Assembly (NCBI GenBank): GCA_035511075.1
Contig: DATKFW010000150.1
Location: 26,960-90,959 of the forward strand
Length of the DNA: 64,000 nt
Direction: 5' to 3'
Source of the DNA: Vulcanimicrobiaceae bacterium
Lineage (GTDB): Bacteria; Verrucomicrobiota; Verrucomicrobiia; Limisphaerales; Palsa-1400
A program made the position numbers and the translations under genes. The notes under the pieces were generated by a model. The model was not told where the DNA came from. It saw nothing but the letters and a program-made list of their open reading frames with translations, and searched no databases. Below are positions 55,814 through 64,000 of the stretch, piece after piece. Numbering within the stretch: the stretch's first letter is position 1; each line of letters begins with the position of its first letter.

Positions 55814-58800
55814 ATGAACACGAGTAAAATGTCTGAAGCCAACGAAGCAAAAAACCAAAAAAACACCACTCCCCAATCCAACGGCAAGAGAAGCCAGGCG
55901 ACCGCGACTGCCAGCCGGACCGCCGCATTGGACGGGGCTTTGGATTTCCGCCATCTCCTGCGCGCCCTGACGGCGGCGCGGGACGGCAACTTCAGCGTGC
56001 GCCTGCCTTCGGACCATGCTGGCATCGAGGGAAAAATTGCGGACGTTTTCAACGATATTATGCTCAGCAACCAGCGGATGGCGGATGAACTGGAACGCAT
56101 GAGCCGGGTAGTCGGCAGGGAAGGGAAAATCAGCAAACGCGCCAATTTCGGATCACGTGGCGGCGCCTGGAGCGAGATGGAAGTGTCGGTCAACAACCTG
56201 GTTTCCGACCTGGTCTGGCCGGTGGCGGAAATCACCCGGTCGATCGACGCGGTGGCCAAAGGGGACCTTACGCAGGGAATGAGCCTGGAAGTTGAAGGAC
56301 GGCCGTTGGAAGGGGAATTTCTGCGCAGCGCCAAGATTGTCAATACGATGATTGGGCAGTTGAACCTGTTCACATCGGAAGTCACCCGCGTGGCCCGGGA
56401 AGTCGGTTCGGAAGGCAAGCTGGGCGGCCAGGCCCAGGTCAAGAAGGCCAGCGGAGTGTGGAAGGATTTGACCGAGAGCGTCAACTCCATGGCTTCCAAC
56501 CTGACGGCGCAGGTGCGCAACATCGCCGAAGTCACGATCGCGGTAGCCAACGGCGACCTTTCCAAGAAAATCACGGTGGATGTCCGCGGAGAAATCCTTC
56601 AACTCAAGGAGGCCACCAACACCATGGTGGACCAGCTCCGCTCGTTCGCATCCGAGGTCACGCGCGTGGCGCGCGAAGTGGGCACCGACGGCAAATTGGG
56701 CGGCCAGGCCATCGTCCCCGGCGTGGCAGGCACGTGGAAAGACCTGACCGATTCGGTTAATTTCATGGCCAACAACCTGACGGCGCAGGTGCGCAACATC
56801 GCGGAAGTCGCTACCGCCATCGCCAAAGGAGACCTTTCAAAGAAGATCACCGTGGACGTCAACGGCGAAATTCTCGAGCTTAAGAACACTGTCAATACAA
56901 TGGTGGACCAATTGAACTCGTTTGCCTCGGAAGTCACGCGCGTCGCACGGGAGGTGGGAACGGACGGAAAACTGGGCGGGCAGGCCATTGTGCCCGGAGT
57001 GGCGGGAACCTGGAAGGACTTGACCGACAACGTCAATTCCATGGCCTCCAACCTGACGGCCCAGGTCCGCAATATCGCGGACGTTACCATTGCGGTTGCC
57101 AACGGAGACCTGTCAAAAAAGATCACTGTGGACGTTCGCGGCGAGATCCTCCAGCTCAAGGAAGCGATCAACACGATGGTGGACCAACTCCGATCCTTCG
57201 CAGCCGAAGTCACGCGCGTGGCGCGCGAAGTGGGCACCGACGGCAAATTGGGCGGCCAGGCCATCGTGCCCGGTGTTGCAGGAACGTGGAAAGACTTGAC
57301 GGACTCGGTCAACATTATGGCCGGCAACCTGACGGCCCAGGTGCGAAACATCGCTGATGTCACCATTGCGGTTGCCAACGGGGATTTGTCGAAAAAAATC
57401 ACGGTAGACGTCCGGGGCGAAATCCTTCAACTCAAGGAAACGATCAATTTGATGGTCGAACAACTCCGGTCCTTCGCGGCGGAGGTCACCCGTGTCGCGC
57501 GCGAAGTGGGCACCGAGGGAAAACTGGGGGGACAGGCGCAGGTGCCCGGCGTGGCGGGAACCTGGAAGGACTTGACCGACAACGTCAACTCCATGGCCTC
57601 CAACCTGACGGCGCAAGTGCGCAATATCGCGGAAGTCACCACCGCTGTCGCCAACGGCGATCTTTCCAAGAAAATCACGGTGGACGTCCGGGGCGAAATT
57701 CTGCAACTAAAAGAGGCGATCAACACCATGGTCGATCAACTCCGATCCTTTGCCGCGGAGGTTACGCGTGTTGCCCGCGAGGTCGGCACGGAAGGAAAAC
57801 TGGGCGGTCAAGCCATTGTGCCCGGCGTGGCGGGAACGTGGAAAGACCTGACGGACTCGGTCAACATCATGGCGGGCAACCTTACGGCGCAGGTGCGCAA
57901 CATCGCCGACGTGACCATCGCCGTGGCCAATGGAGACCTTTCCAAGAAGATCACTGTCGATGTCAAAGGCGAAATTCTGGAGCTCAAGAACACCATCAAC
58001 ACGATGGTCGATCAATTGAACTCGTTTGCTTCCGAAGTCACGCGCGTGGCCCGCGAAGTGGGCACCGAAGGCAAGCTTGGCGGACAGGCGCAGGTGCCCG
58101 GCGTGGCAGGAACCTGGAAGGACTTGACCGACAACGTCAACTCCATGGCCTCCAATCTTACGGCGCAAGTGCGCAACATTGCCGACGTGACCATTGCGGT
58201 GGCCAACGGCGACCTTTCCAAGAAGATCACAGTGGACGTCCGTGGCGAAATCCTCCAACTCAAGGAAACGATCAATTTGATGGTGGAGCAACTCCGCTCC
58301 TTTGCGGCGGAAGTTACGCGCGTCGCCCGCGAAGTGGGCACGGAAGGAAAGCTGGGCGGACAAGCGCAAGTGCCGGGCGTGGCGGGAACTTGGAAGGATT
58401 TGACCGACAATGTCAATTCCATGGCTTCCAACCTCACGGCGCAGGTGCGCAACATCGCCGAAGTCACGACTGCGGTGGCGCGCGGTGACCTCTCGCGCAA
58501 GATCACCGTCGATGTCAAAGGCGAAATTCTTGAACTCAAGAACACCATCAATACGATGGTCGATCAATTGAACTCGTTCGCGTCCGAAGTCACGCGCGTG
58601 GCCCGCGAAGTAGGCACCGAAGGAAAACTGGGGGGACAGGCGCAAGTGCCTGGCGTGGCGGGAACCTGGAAGGACTTGACCGACAACGTTAACTCCATGG
58701 CCTCCAATCTCACAGCGCAGGTGCGCAACATCGCCGACGTGACCATTGCGGTGGCCAACGGCGACCTTTCCAAGAAAATCACCGTGGACGTGCGGGGCGA

Positions 58801-61800
58801 AATTCTCCAGCTCAAAGAGGCCATCAATAAAATGGTGGATCAACTCCGCTCCTTTGCGGCGGAAGTTACGCGCGTGGCCCGCGAAGTGGGCACCGACGGT
58901 AAATTGGGCGGACAGGCCATCGTGCCCGGCGTGGCAGGAACGTGGAAGGATTTGACCGACAACGTCAATTCGATGGCGTCGAACCTCACTGCGCAAGTGC
59001 GCAACATTGCCGATGTGACCATCGCGGTGGCCAACGGCGACCTTTCCAAGAAAATCACGGTGGACGTGCGGGGCGAGATTCTCCAACTCAAAGAGGCAAT
59101 CAATAAGATGGTCGATCAATTGCGCTCGTTCGCCTCTGAAGTGACGCGTGTTGCCCGCGAAGTCGGCACCGAAGGAAAACTCGGCGGACAGGCTGAGGTC
59201 CCAGGCGTCGCCGGCACCTGGAAGGACTTGACGGATAACGTCAACTCGATGGCAGGCAACCTCACCGCGCAGGTGCGAAACATCGCTGAAGTGGCCACAG
59301 CCGTCGCCCGCGGCGACCTCTCACGCAAGGTCACCGTCGATGTCAAAGGCGAAATCCTCGAGCTCAAGAATACGATCAACACAATGGTCGATCAATTGAA
59401 CGCGTTTGCGTCCGAAGTCACGCGTGTGGCCCGCGAAGTGGGCACCGAAGGAAAGCTCGGCGGACAAGCGCAAGTGTCCGGCGTGGCGGGCACATGGAAG
59501 GACTTGACCGACAATGTCAACTCCATGGCGGGCAACCTTACCGGCCAGGTCCGCAATATCGCCGAAGTGGCCACCGCCATCGCCAACGGCGACCTCTCGC
59601 GCAAAATCACGGTGCCAGTCAAGGGCGAAATTCTTGAACTCAAGAACACCATCAACACGATGGTCGATCAATTGAATGCGTTTGCCTCCGAAGTCACGCG
59701 CGTGGCGCGCGAAGTGGGCACGGAAGGAAAACTCGGCGGACAGGCGCAAGTGCCCGGCGTGGCGGGAACGTGGAAAGGCTTGACCGACAACGTCAATTCG
59801 ATGGCTTCGAACCTTACGGCGCAAGTGCGCAACATCGCCGAAGTCACGACCGCCGTGGCGCGCGGCGACCTTTCGCGCAAGATCACCGTCGACGTCAAAG
59901 GCGAAATCCTCGAGCTCAAGAACACCATCAACACGATGGTCGATCAATTGAACGCGTTCGCGTCCGAAGTCACGCGCGTGGCCCGTGAAGTGGGCACGGA
60001 AGGAAAACTGGGCGGCCAGGCGCAAGTGCCGGGAGTGGCGGGAAGCTGGAAGGACCTTACCGACAACGTCAATTCGATGGCTTCCAACCTTACGGCGCAA
60101 GTGCGTAACATCGCCGACGTCACCATTGCTGTGGCCAACGGCGACCTTTCCAAGAAAATCACGGTGGACGTGCGGGGCGAAATTCTCCAACTCAAAGAAG
60201 CCATCAACACGATGGTCGATCAGCTCCGGTCCTTCGCCGCGGAAGTCACGCGCGTGGCGCGCGAAGTGGGCACCGAAGGCAAATTGGGCGGCCAGGCAAT
60301 CGTGCCCGGCGTGGCCGGAACGTGGAAGGACTTGACCGACTCCTTCAACGTCATGGCCGGAAACCTGACGACGCAGGTGCGCAATATCGCCGAGGTGGCC
60401 ACTGCCATCGCCAAAGGCGACCTATCCAAGAAAATCACCGCCGACGTCAAAGGCGAAATCCTGGAACTCAAGAACACGATAAACGTCATGCTGGACCAAC
60501 TCAATGCCTTCGCCGCGGAAGTGACACGTGTGGCCCGTGAAGTCGGCACCGACGGCAAGTTGGGCGGCCAGGCGGAAGTTCCCGGGGTGGACGGTACCTG
60601 GAAAGACTTGACCGACTCGGTCAACGTCATGGCGGCGAACCTGACGGACCAGGTGCGCGGCATCGTCAAGGTGGTCACGGCGGTGGCCAACGGCAATTTG
60701 AATCAAAAACTGACCGTGCAAGCCAAGGGTGAGATCGCGGCTCTAGCCGACACGATCAATAACATGACCGACACGCTGGCCATTTTCGCGGAGCAGGTGA
60801 CTACCGTCGCGCGCGAAGTGGGCGTCGAAGGCCGGTTGGGCGGACAAGCCAACGTGCCCGGCGCATCGGGGACTTGGAAAGACTTGACCGACAACGTCAA
60901 CCTGCTGGCCGCCAATCTCACCACGCAGGTTCGCGCCATCGCGGAAGTGGGCACAGCGGTCACCAAGGGCGATTTGACGCGTTCAATTCAAGTCATCGCG
61001 CGCGGCGAAGTGGCAGAATTGAAGGACAACATCAACGCAATGATCAGCAATTTGCGCGACACCACGCAGCGCAACACCGAACAGGACTGGCTTAAGACCA
61101 ACATCGCCAAGTTTACGAGCATGTTGCAGGGGCAGCGCGACCTGATCACGGTGGGGCGCATGTTGCTCTCGGAGTTGGCTCCGCTGGTCAACGCGCAACA
61201 GGGTGTCATTTATCAAATGGAATCCCGCGACGACCAGCAGTATTTGAAATTGCTGGCTGGTTACGCTCATCGCCAGCGCAGCAGCCTGGGAGAATCGATC
61301 CGCCTGGGCGAGGGACTCGTCGGGCAATGTGCAATGGAAAAGAAAGCCATGCTGTTGACTTCGGTGCGGGACCATGAGATCGAAATCACCTCGGGGCTGA
61401 TCGAAACCCACCCGGCCACCATTGTGGTGCTGCCGGTGCTCTTCGAGGGCCAGATTAAAGCCGTCATCGAACTGGCCTCAATGGCGGTATTCAGCCAAAC
61501 CCACATGGCGTTCCTGGAGCAATTGACCGGAAGCGTCGGCATCATGCTCAACACCATGGAAGCGACCATGCGCACGGAGCGGCTCTTGCAGCAATCGCAG
61601 GAACTGGCGAGCGAATTGCAAACGCGCCAGATCGAACTCCAGCGCACCAATGAGGAACTGGCCGAAAAGGCGCGGCAATTGGCCGAGCAAAACGCGGAAG
61701 TCGAGCGCAAGAACCAGGAAATCGAGCAGGCGCGCCGCGCGGTCGAGGAAAAGGCCTCCGAATTGGCGCTGACTTCCAAGTACAAATCCGAATTTCTGGC

Positions 61801-63787
61801 CAACATGTCGCACGAATTGCGCACGCCGCTCAACAGCATCCTGATCCTGGGCCAGCAATTGCAGGACAACCCGCAGGGAAATCTATCTGTCAAACAGGTC
61901 GAATACGCTAAGACCATTCACAGCGCCGGGACAGACCTCCTGAACCTGATCAGCGACATTCTCGATCTTTCCAAGATCGAGTCCGGCACGGTTACCATCG
62001 AAGCCGAGGAAGTCACATTTGCATCCGTTCGCGACACTGTGGAGCGCAATTTCCGGCACATCGCCGACACTCGCAACCTTGGATTCGTGATCAACCTGGA
62101 CCCGCATTTGTCGCGGCAATTGATCACCGACATCAAACGGTTATTCCAGATTCTCAAGAACTTGCTTTCCAACGCGTTTAAATTCACGAGCCAGGGCCGG
62201 GTGACGTTCTCGGTGCGAGTGGCGCAGGAAGGCTGGTCGGCCGATCATCCGGTGCTGCGGCGCGCGCCGTCGGTGCTGGCATTTGACGTGGTCGACACGG
62301 GCATCGGCATTCCGCTGGAAAAACAAAGGATTATCTTCGAGGCGTTTCAACAGGCCGATGCCGGCACCAGCCGCAAGTACGGCGGCACCGGGTTGGGGCT
62401 GGCCATCAGCCGCGAACTGGCGAACCTGCTCGGCGGGGAAATCAGGCTCCACAGTGTTCCCGGGGAAGGCAGTAGGTTCACGCTCTACCTTCCGCAAACG
62501 TACGCCGGGCCGTCGGTGGTTCGCGTGACCGAATTCCAGGCCCCCGCCAGGAAGGTCCTCCCGGCCGCCAGCGCCGAAACGGTCCTGGACGACCGCGACA
62601 ACATTCAAGAGGGCGATACGGTCCTGTTGATCGTGGAGGATGACGCTCATTACGCCTGCGTCCTGCTTGGGCTGGCGCGCGACAAGGGGTTCAAAGGGCT
62701 GGTCGCTATGCGGGGAAGCGTTGCGCTTTCGCTGGCGCGTGAATTCAAGCCGACGGCCATTAGTCTTGACATCTTCCTGCCGGACATGCTCGGCTGGACT
62801 GTGCTGAGCCATCTCAAACAGGACCCGTCCACGCGTCATATTCCGGTGCAAATCATCACGATGGAGGAAGAGCGGCAGCACGGGTTGGAACGCGGCGCCT
62901 TCGCTTACTTGAACAAACCGGTGACCACCGAGGGTCTCGAAGCCGCCTTGACGCGCATCCAGCAATTCACCAAACCCCGGACCAAACAATTGCTGGTGGT
63001 CGATGACGACGAAACCGAACGCGGCAGCATCATCGAGTTATTGGCCCACCAGGACGTGGAAATCACCAGCGCGGCCACCGGGGAGGAAGCGTGGGGGTTG
63101 ATCAACGACCGTTCGTTCGATTGCGTGGTGCTGGACCTGCGCCTGCCGGATATCTCCGGGTTCGATCTTTTGGCCCGCATCGAGTCGGAATCATCGTTGC
63201 GCGAGATACCGGTGGTGGTCTTTACGGGCAAGGAATTGAGCGAGGACGAGGAAACGCGTTTGCGCAAGATCGCCAAGAGCATCATCATCAAAGGAGTCCA
63301 GTCACCGGAACGTTTGCTGGACGAAACGGCGCTGTTCCTGCATCGGGTTGTGTCCAATCTCCCGCCGGAAAAACAGCGGATGCTCGAGCGACTGCACGAC
63401 ACGGATGAGGCGCTGGTCCACAAGAAGGTGCTGATTGTGGACGACGACGTCCGCAACATTTTCGCCCTTACGGGGCTTCTGGAACGTCATACGATGGAAG
63501 TCCTGAGCGCATCCAACGGGCGCGAGGCGATCAACCTGCTGGAAAAAACGCCGGATATTTCACTAGTGTTGATGGACATCATGATGCCGGAAATGGACGG
63601 CTACGAAACGATGCGAGTCATTCGCGGCAATCCCAAGCATAAACTCCTGCCGATGATCGCCTTGACGGCAAAGGCGATGAAGGGCGACCGCGAAAAATGC
63701 CTGGAAGCCGGGGCTTCCGATTACATTGCCAAGCCGGTGAACACGGATCAGTTGGTTTCGCTAATGCGCGTTTGGCTCCACCGTTAA
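55814..63787 (+). CDS. Giant soluble hybrid histidine kinase: poly-HAMP array, GAF, HisKA, HATPase, three receivers (OsaA / fungal group III-like)
   Basis: 17 clear 92-aa repeats ([30 protein letters not shown]) plus one degenerate unit; [11 protein letters not shown]; SHELRTPLN; [23 protein letters not shown]; three receiver domains. Confidence 0.96.
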   Translation: MNTSKMSEANEAKNQKNTTPQSNGKRSQATATASRTAALDGALDFRHLLRALTAARDGNFSVRLPSDHAGIEGKIADVFNDIMLSNQRMADELERMSRVVGREGKISKRANFGSRGGAWSEMEVSVNNLVSDLVWPVAEITRSIDAVAKGDLTQGMSLEVEGRPLEGEFLRSAKIVNTMIGQLNLFTSEVTRVAREVGSEGKLGGQAQVKKASGVWKDLTESVNSMASNLTAQVRNIAEVTIAVANGDLSKKITVDVRGEILQLKEATNTMVDQLRSFASEVTRVAREVGTDGKLGGQAIVPGVAGTWKDLTDSVNFMANNLTAQVRNIAEVATAIAKGDLSKKITVDVNGEILELKNTVNTMVDQLNSFASEVTRVAREVGTDGKLGGQAIVPGVAGTWKDLTDNVNSMASNLTAQVRNIADVTIAVANGDLSKKITVDVRGEILQLKEAINTMVDQLRSFAAEVTRVAREVGTDGKLGGQAIVPGVAGTWKDLTDSVNIMAGNLTAQVRNIADVTIAVANGDLSKKITVDVRGEILQLKETINLMVEQLRSFAAEVTRVAREVGTEGKLGGQAQVPGVAGTWKDLTDNVNSMASNLTAQVRNIAEVTTAVANGDLSKKITVDVRGEILQLKEAINTMVDQLRSFAAEVTRVAREVGTEGKLGGQAIVPGVAGTWKDLTDSVNIMAGNLTAQVRNIADVTIAVANGDLSKKITVDVKGEILELKNTINTMVDQLNSFASEVTRVAREVGTEGKLGGQAQVPGVAGTWKDLTDNVNSMASNLTAQVRNIADVTIAVANGDLSKKITVDVRGEILQLKETINLMVEQLRSFAAEVTRVAREVGTEGKLGGQAQVPGVAGTWKDLTDNVNSMASNLTAQVRNIAEVTTAVARGDLSRKITVDVKGEILELKNTINTMVDQLNSFASEVTRVAREVGTEGKLGGQAQVPGVAGTWKDLTDNVNSMASNLTAQVRNIADVTIAVANGDLSKKITVDVRGEILQLKEAINKMVDQLRSFAAEVTRVAREVGTDGKLGGQAIVPGVAGTWKDLTDNVNSMASNLTAQVRNIADVTIAVANGDLSKKITVDVRGEILQLKEAINKMVDQLRSFASEVTRVAREVGTEGKLGGQAEVPGVAGTWKDLTDNVNSMAGNLTAQVRNIAEVATAVARGDLSRKVTVDVKGEILELKNTINTMVDQLNAFASEVTRVAREVGTEGKLGGQAQVSGVAGTWKDLTDNVNSMAGNLTGQVRNIAEVATAIANGDLSRKITVPVKGEILELKNTINTMVDQLNAFASEVTRVAREVGTEGKLGGQAQVPGVAGTWKGLTDNVNSMASNLTAQVRNIAEVTTAVARGDLSRKITVDVKGEILELKNTINTMVDQLNAFASEVTRVAREVGTEGKLGGQAQVPGVAGSWKDLTDNVNSMASNLTAQVRNIADVTIAVANGDLSKKITVDVRGEILQLKEAINTMVDQLRSFAAEVTRVAREVGTEGKLGGQAIVPGVAGTWKDLTDSFNVMAGNLTTQVRNIAEVATAIAKGDLSKKITADVKGEILELKNTINVMLDQLNAFAAEVTRVAREVGTDGKLGGQAEVPGVDGTWKDLTDSVNVMAANLTDQVRGIVKVVTAVANGNLNQKLTVQAKGEIAALADTINNMTDTLAIFAEQVTTVAREVGVEGRLGGQANVPGASGTWKDLTDNVNLLAANLTTQVRAIAEVGTAVTKGDLTRSIQVIARGEVAELKDNINAMISNLRDTTQRNTEQDWLKTNIAKFTSMLQGQRDLITVGRMLLSELAPLVNAQQGVIYQMESRDDQQYLKLLAGYAHRQRSSLGESIRLGEGLVGQCAMEKKAMLLTSVRDHEIEITSGLIETHPATIVVLPVLFEGQIKAVIELASMAVFSQTHMAFLEQLTGSVGIMLNTMEATMRTERLLQQSQELASELQTRQIELQRTNEELAEKARQLAEQNAEVERKNQEIEQARRAVEEKASELALTSKYKSEFLANMSHELRTPLNSILILGQQLQDNPQGNLSVKQVEYAKTIHSAGTDLLNLISDILDLSKIESGTVTIEAEEVTFASVRDTVERNFRHIADTRNLGFVINLDPHLSRQLITDIKRLFQILKNLLSNAFKFTSQGRVTFSVRVAQEGWSADHPVLRRAPSVLAFDVVDTGIGIPLEKQRIIFEAFQQADAGTSRKYGGTGLGLAISRELANLLGGEIRLHSVPGEGSRFTLYLPQTYAGPSVVRVTEFQAPARKVLPAASAETVLDDRDNIQEGDTVLLIVEDDAHYACVLLGLARDKGFKGLVAMRGSVALSLAREFKPTAISLDIFLPDMLGWTVLSHLKQDPSTRHIPVQIITMEEERQHGLERGAFAYLNKPVTTEGLEAALTRIQQFTKPRTKQLLVVDDDETERGSIIELLAHQDVEITSAATGEEAWGLINDRSFDCVVLDLRLPDISGFDLLARIESESSLREIPVVVFTGKELSEDEETRLRKIAKSIIIKGVQSPERLLDETALFLHRVVSNLPPEKQRMLERLHDTDEALVHKKVLIVDDDVRNIFALTGLLERHTMEVLSASNGREAINLLEKTPDISLVLMDIMMPEMDGYETMRVIRGNPKHKLLPMIALTAKAMKGDREKCLEAGASDYIAKPVNTDQLVSLMRVWLHR
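56370..61060 (+). repeat. Intragenic tandem repeat, 276-bp period (HAMP units)
   Basis: Near-identical segments such as TGGAAGGACTTGACCGACAACGTCAA recur every 276 bp with synonymous variation; boundaries approximate. Confidence 0.93.
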
Positions 63788-63805
63788 CATTTTGTCTCAG
63801 ACCCT

Positions 63806-64000
63806 ATGTCTCAATTTATTTCAGCGGCCGCGCTGGCGGTAACCGCCCCGGTCGATCCAGCCACGGCGATCGTCAATATCCTGCTGGTCGATGACCAGCC
63901 CGGAAAACTTCTGGCGCATGAGGCCATCCTTTCCGAATTGGGCCAGAGGATCGTCAAGGCCCGCACCGGCGCCGAAGCCCTCAGCCAATTGTTGCGGGAC
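63806..64000 (+). CDS. Response regulator / hybrid kinase N-terminus (3' truncated), OsaB-like partner
   Basis: Not in the ORF track. ATG 63806 gives MSQFISAAALAVTAPVDPATAIVNILLVDDQPGKLLAHEAILSELGQRIVKARTGAEALSQLLRD, a receiver start. Confidence 0.88.
   Translation, partial: MSQFISAAALAVTAPVDPATAIVNILLVDDQPGKLLAHEAILSELGQRIVKARTGAEALSQLLRD

Noticed and set aside
55774-60966. Series of repeated 87-470 aa minus-strand ORFs; possible CRISPR-like periodicity
   Set aside because: They mirror the 276-bp HAMP coding repeat. There are no unique spacers and no cas genes.

Overview
GC-rich bacterial chromosomal segment. Gene style points to Verrucomicrobiota, Pedosphaera/Limisphaera-like (inference: AFTYQG-type secreted repeat protein, H-X9-DG-class prepilin-like protein, mqnD, GGAGTGCG-type REP). 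Most of it is core genome: dnaE 3' part, mqnD, hom-thrC, trxB, hisB plus an ECF sigma/anti-sigma pair, mreBCD-mrdA-rodA-rne/rng, alaS, thiE, accBC, holB, and grpE-dnaJ-rsmE. It also has a partial type II secretion/pseudopilin cluster (gspF-H-I-J-K) and a 2657-aa poly-HAMP hybrid histidine kinase followed by a response regulator cut off by the window end. I saw no rRNA, tRNA, CRISPR array, transposase or integrase. The most unusual items are: (1) a stand-alone 109-aa protein resembling only the N2 domain of a GspE/PilB ATPase; (2) an orphan double ABC-2-type permease fused to an RCC1/BLIP-II-like propeller, next to an adhesin-like protein with a phage-fibre-like tip and a GT-C-like membrane protein; (3) three different non-coding palindromic elements, including a 124-bp CTAG-bounded IS630-like MITE overlapping a host stop codon and a 313-bp nested-hairpin MITE just upstream of the mreB promoter; (4) a 17-18 unit HAMP array. 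All family assignments are by eye from motifs; no searches were run.
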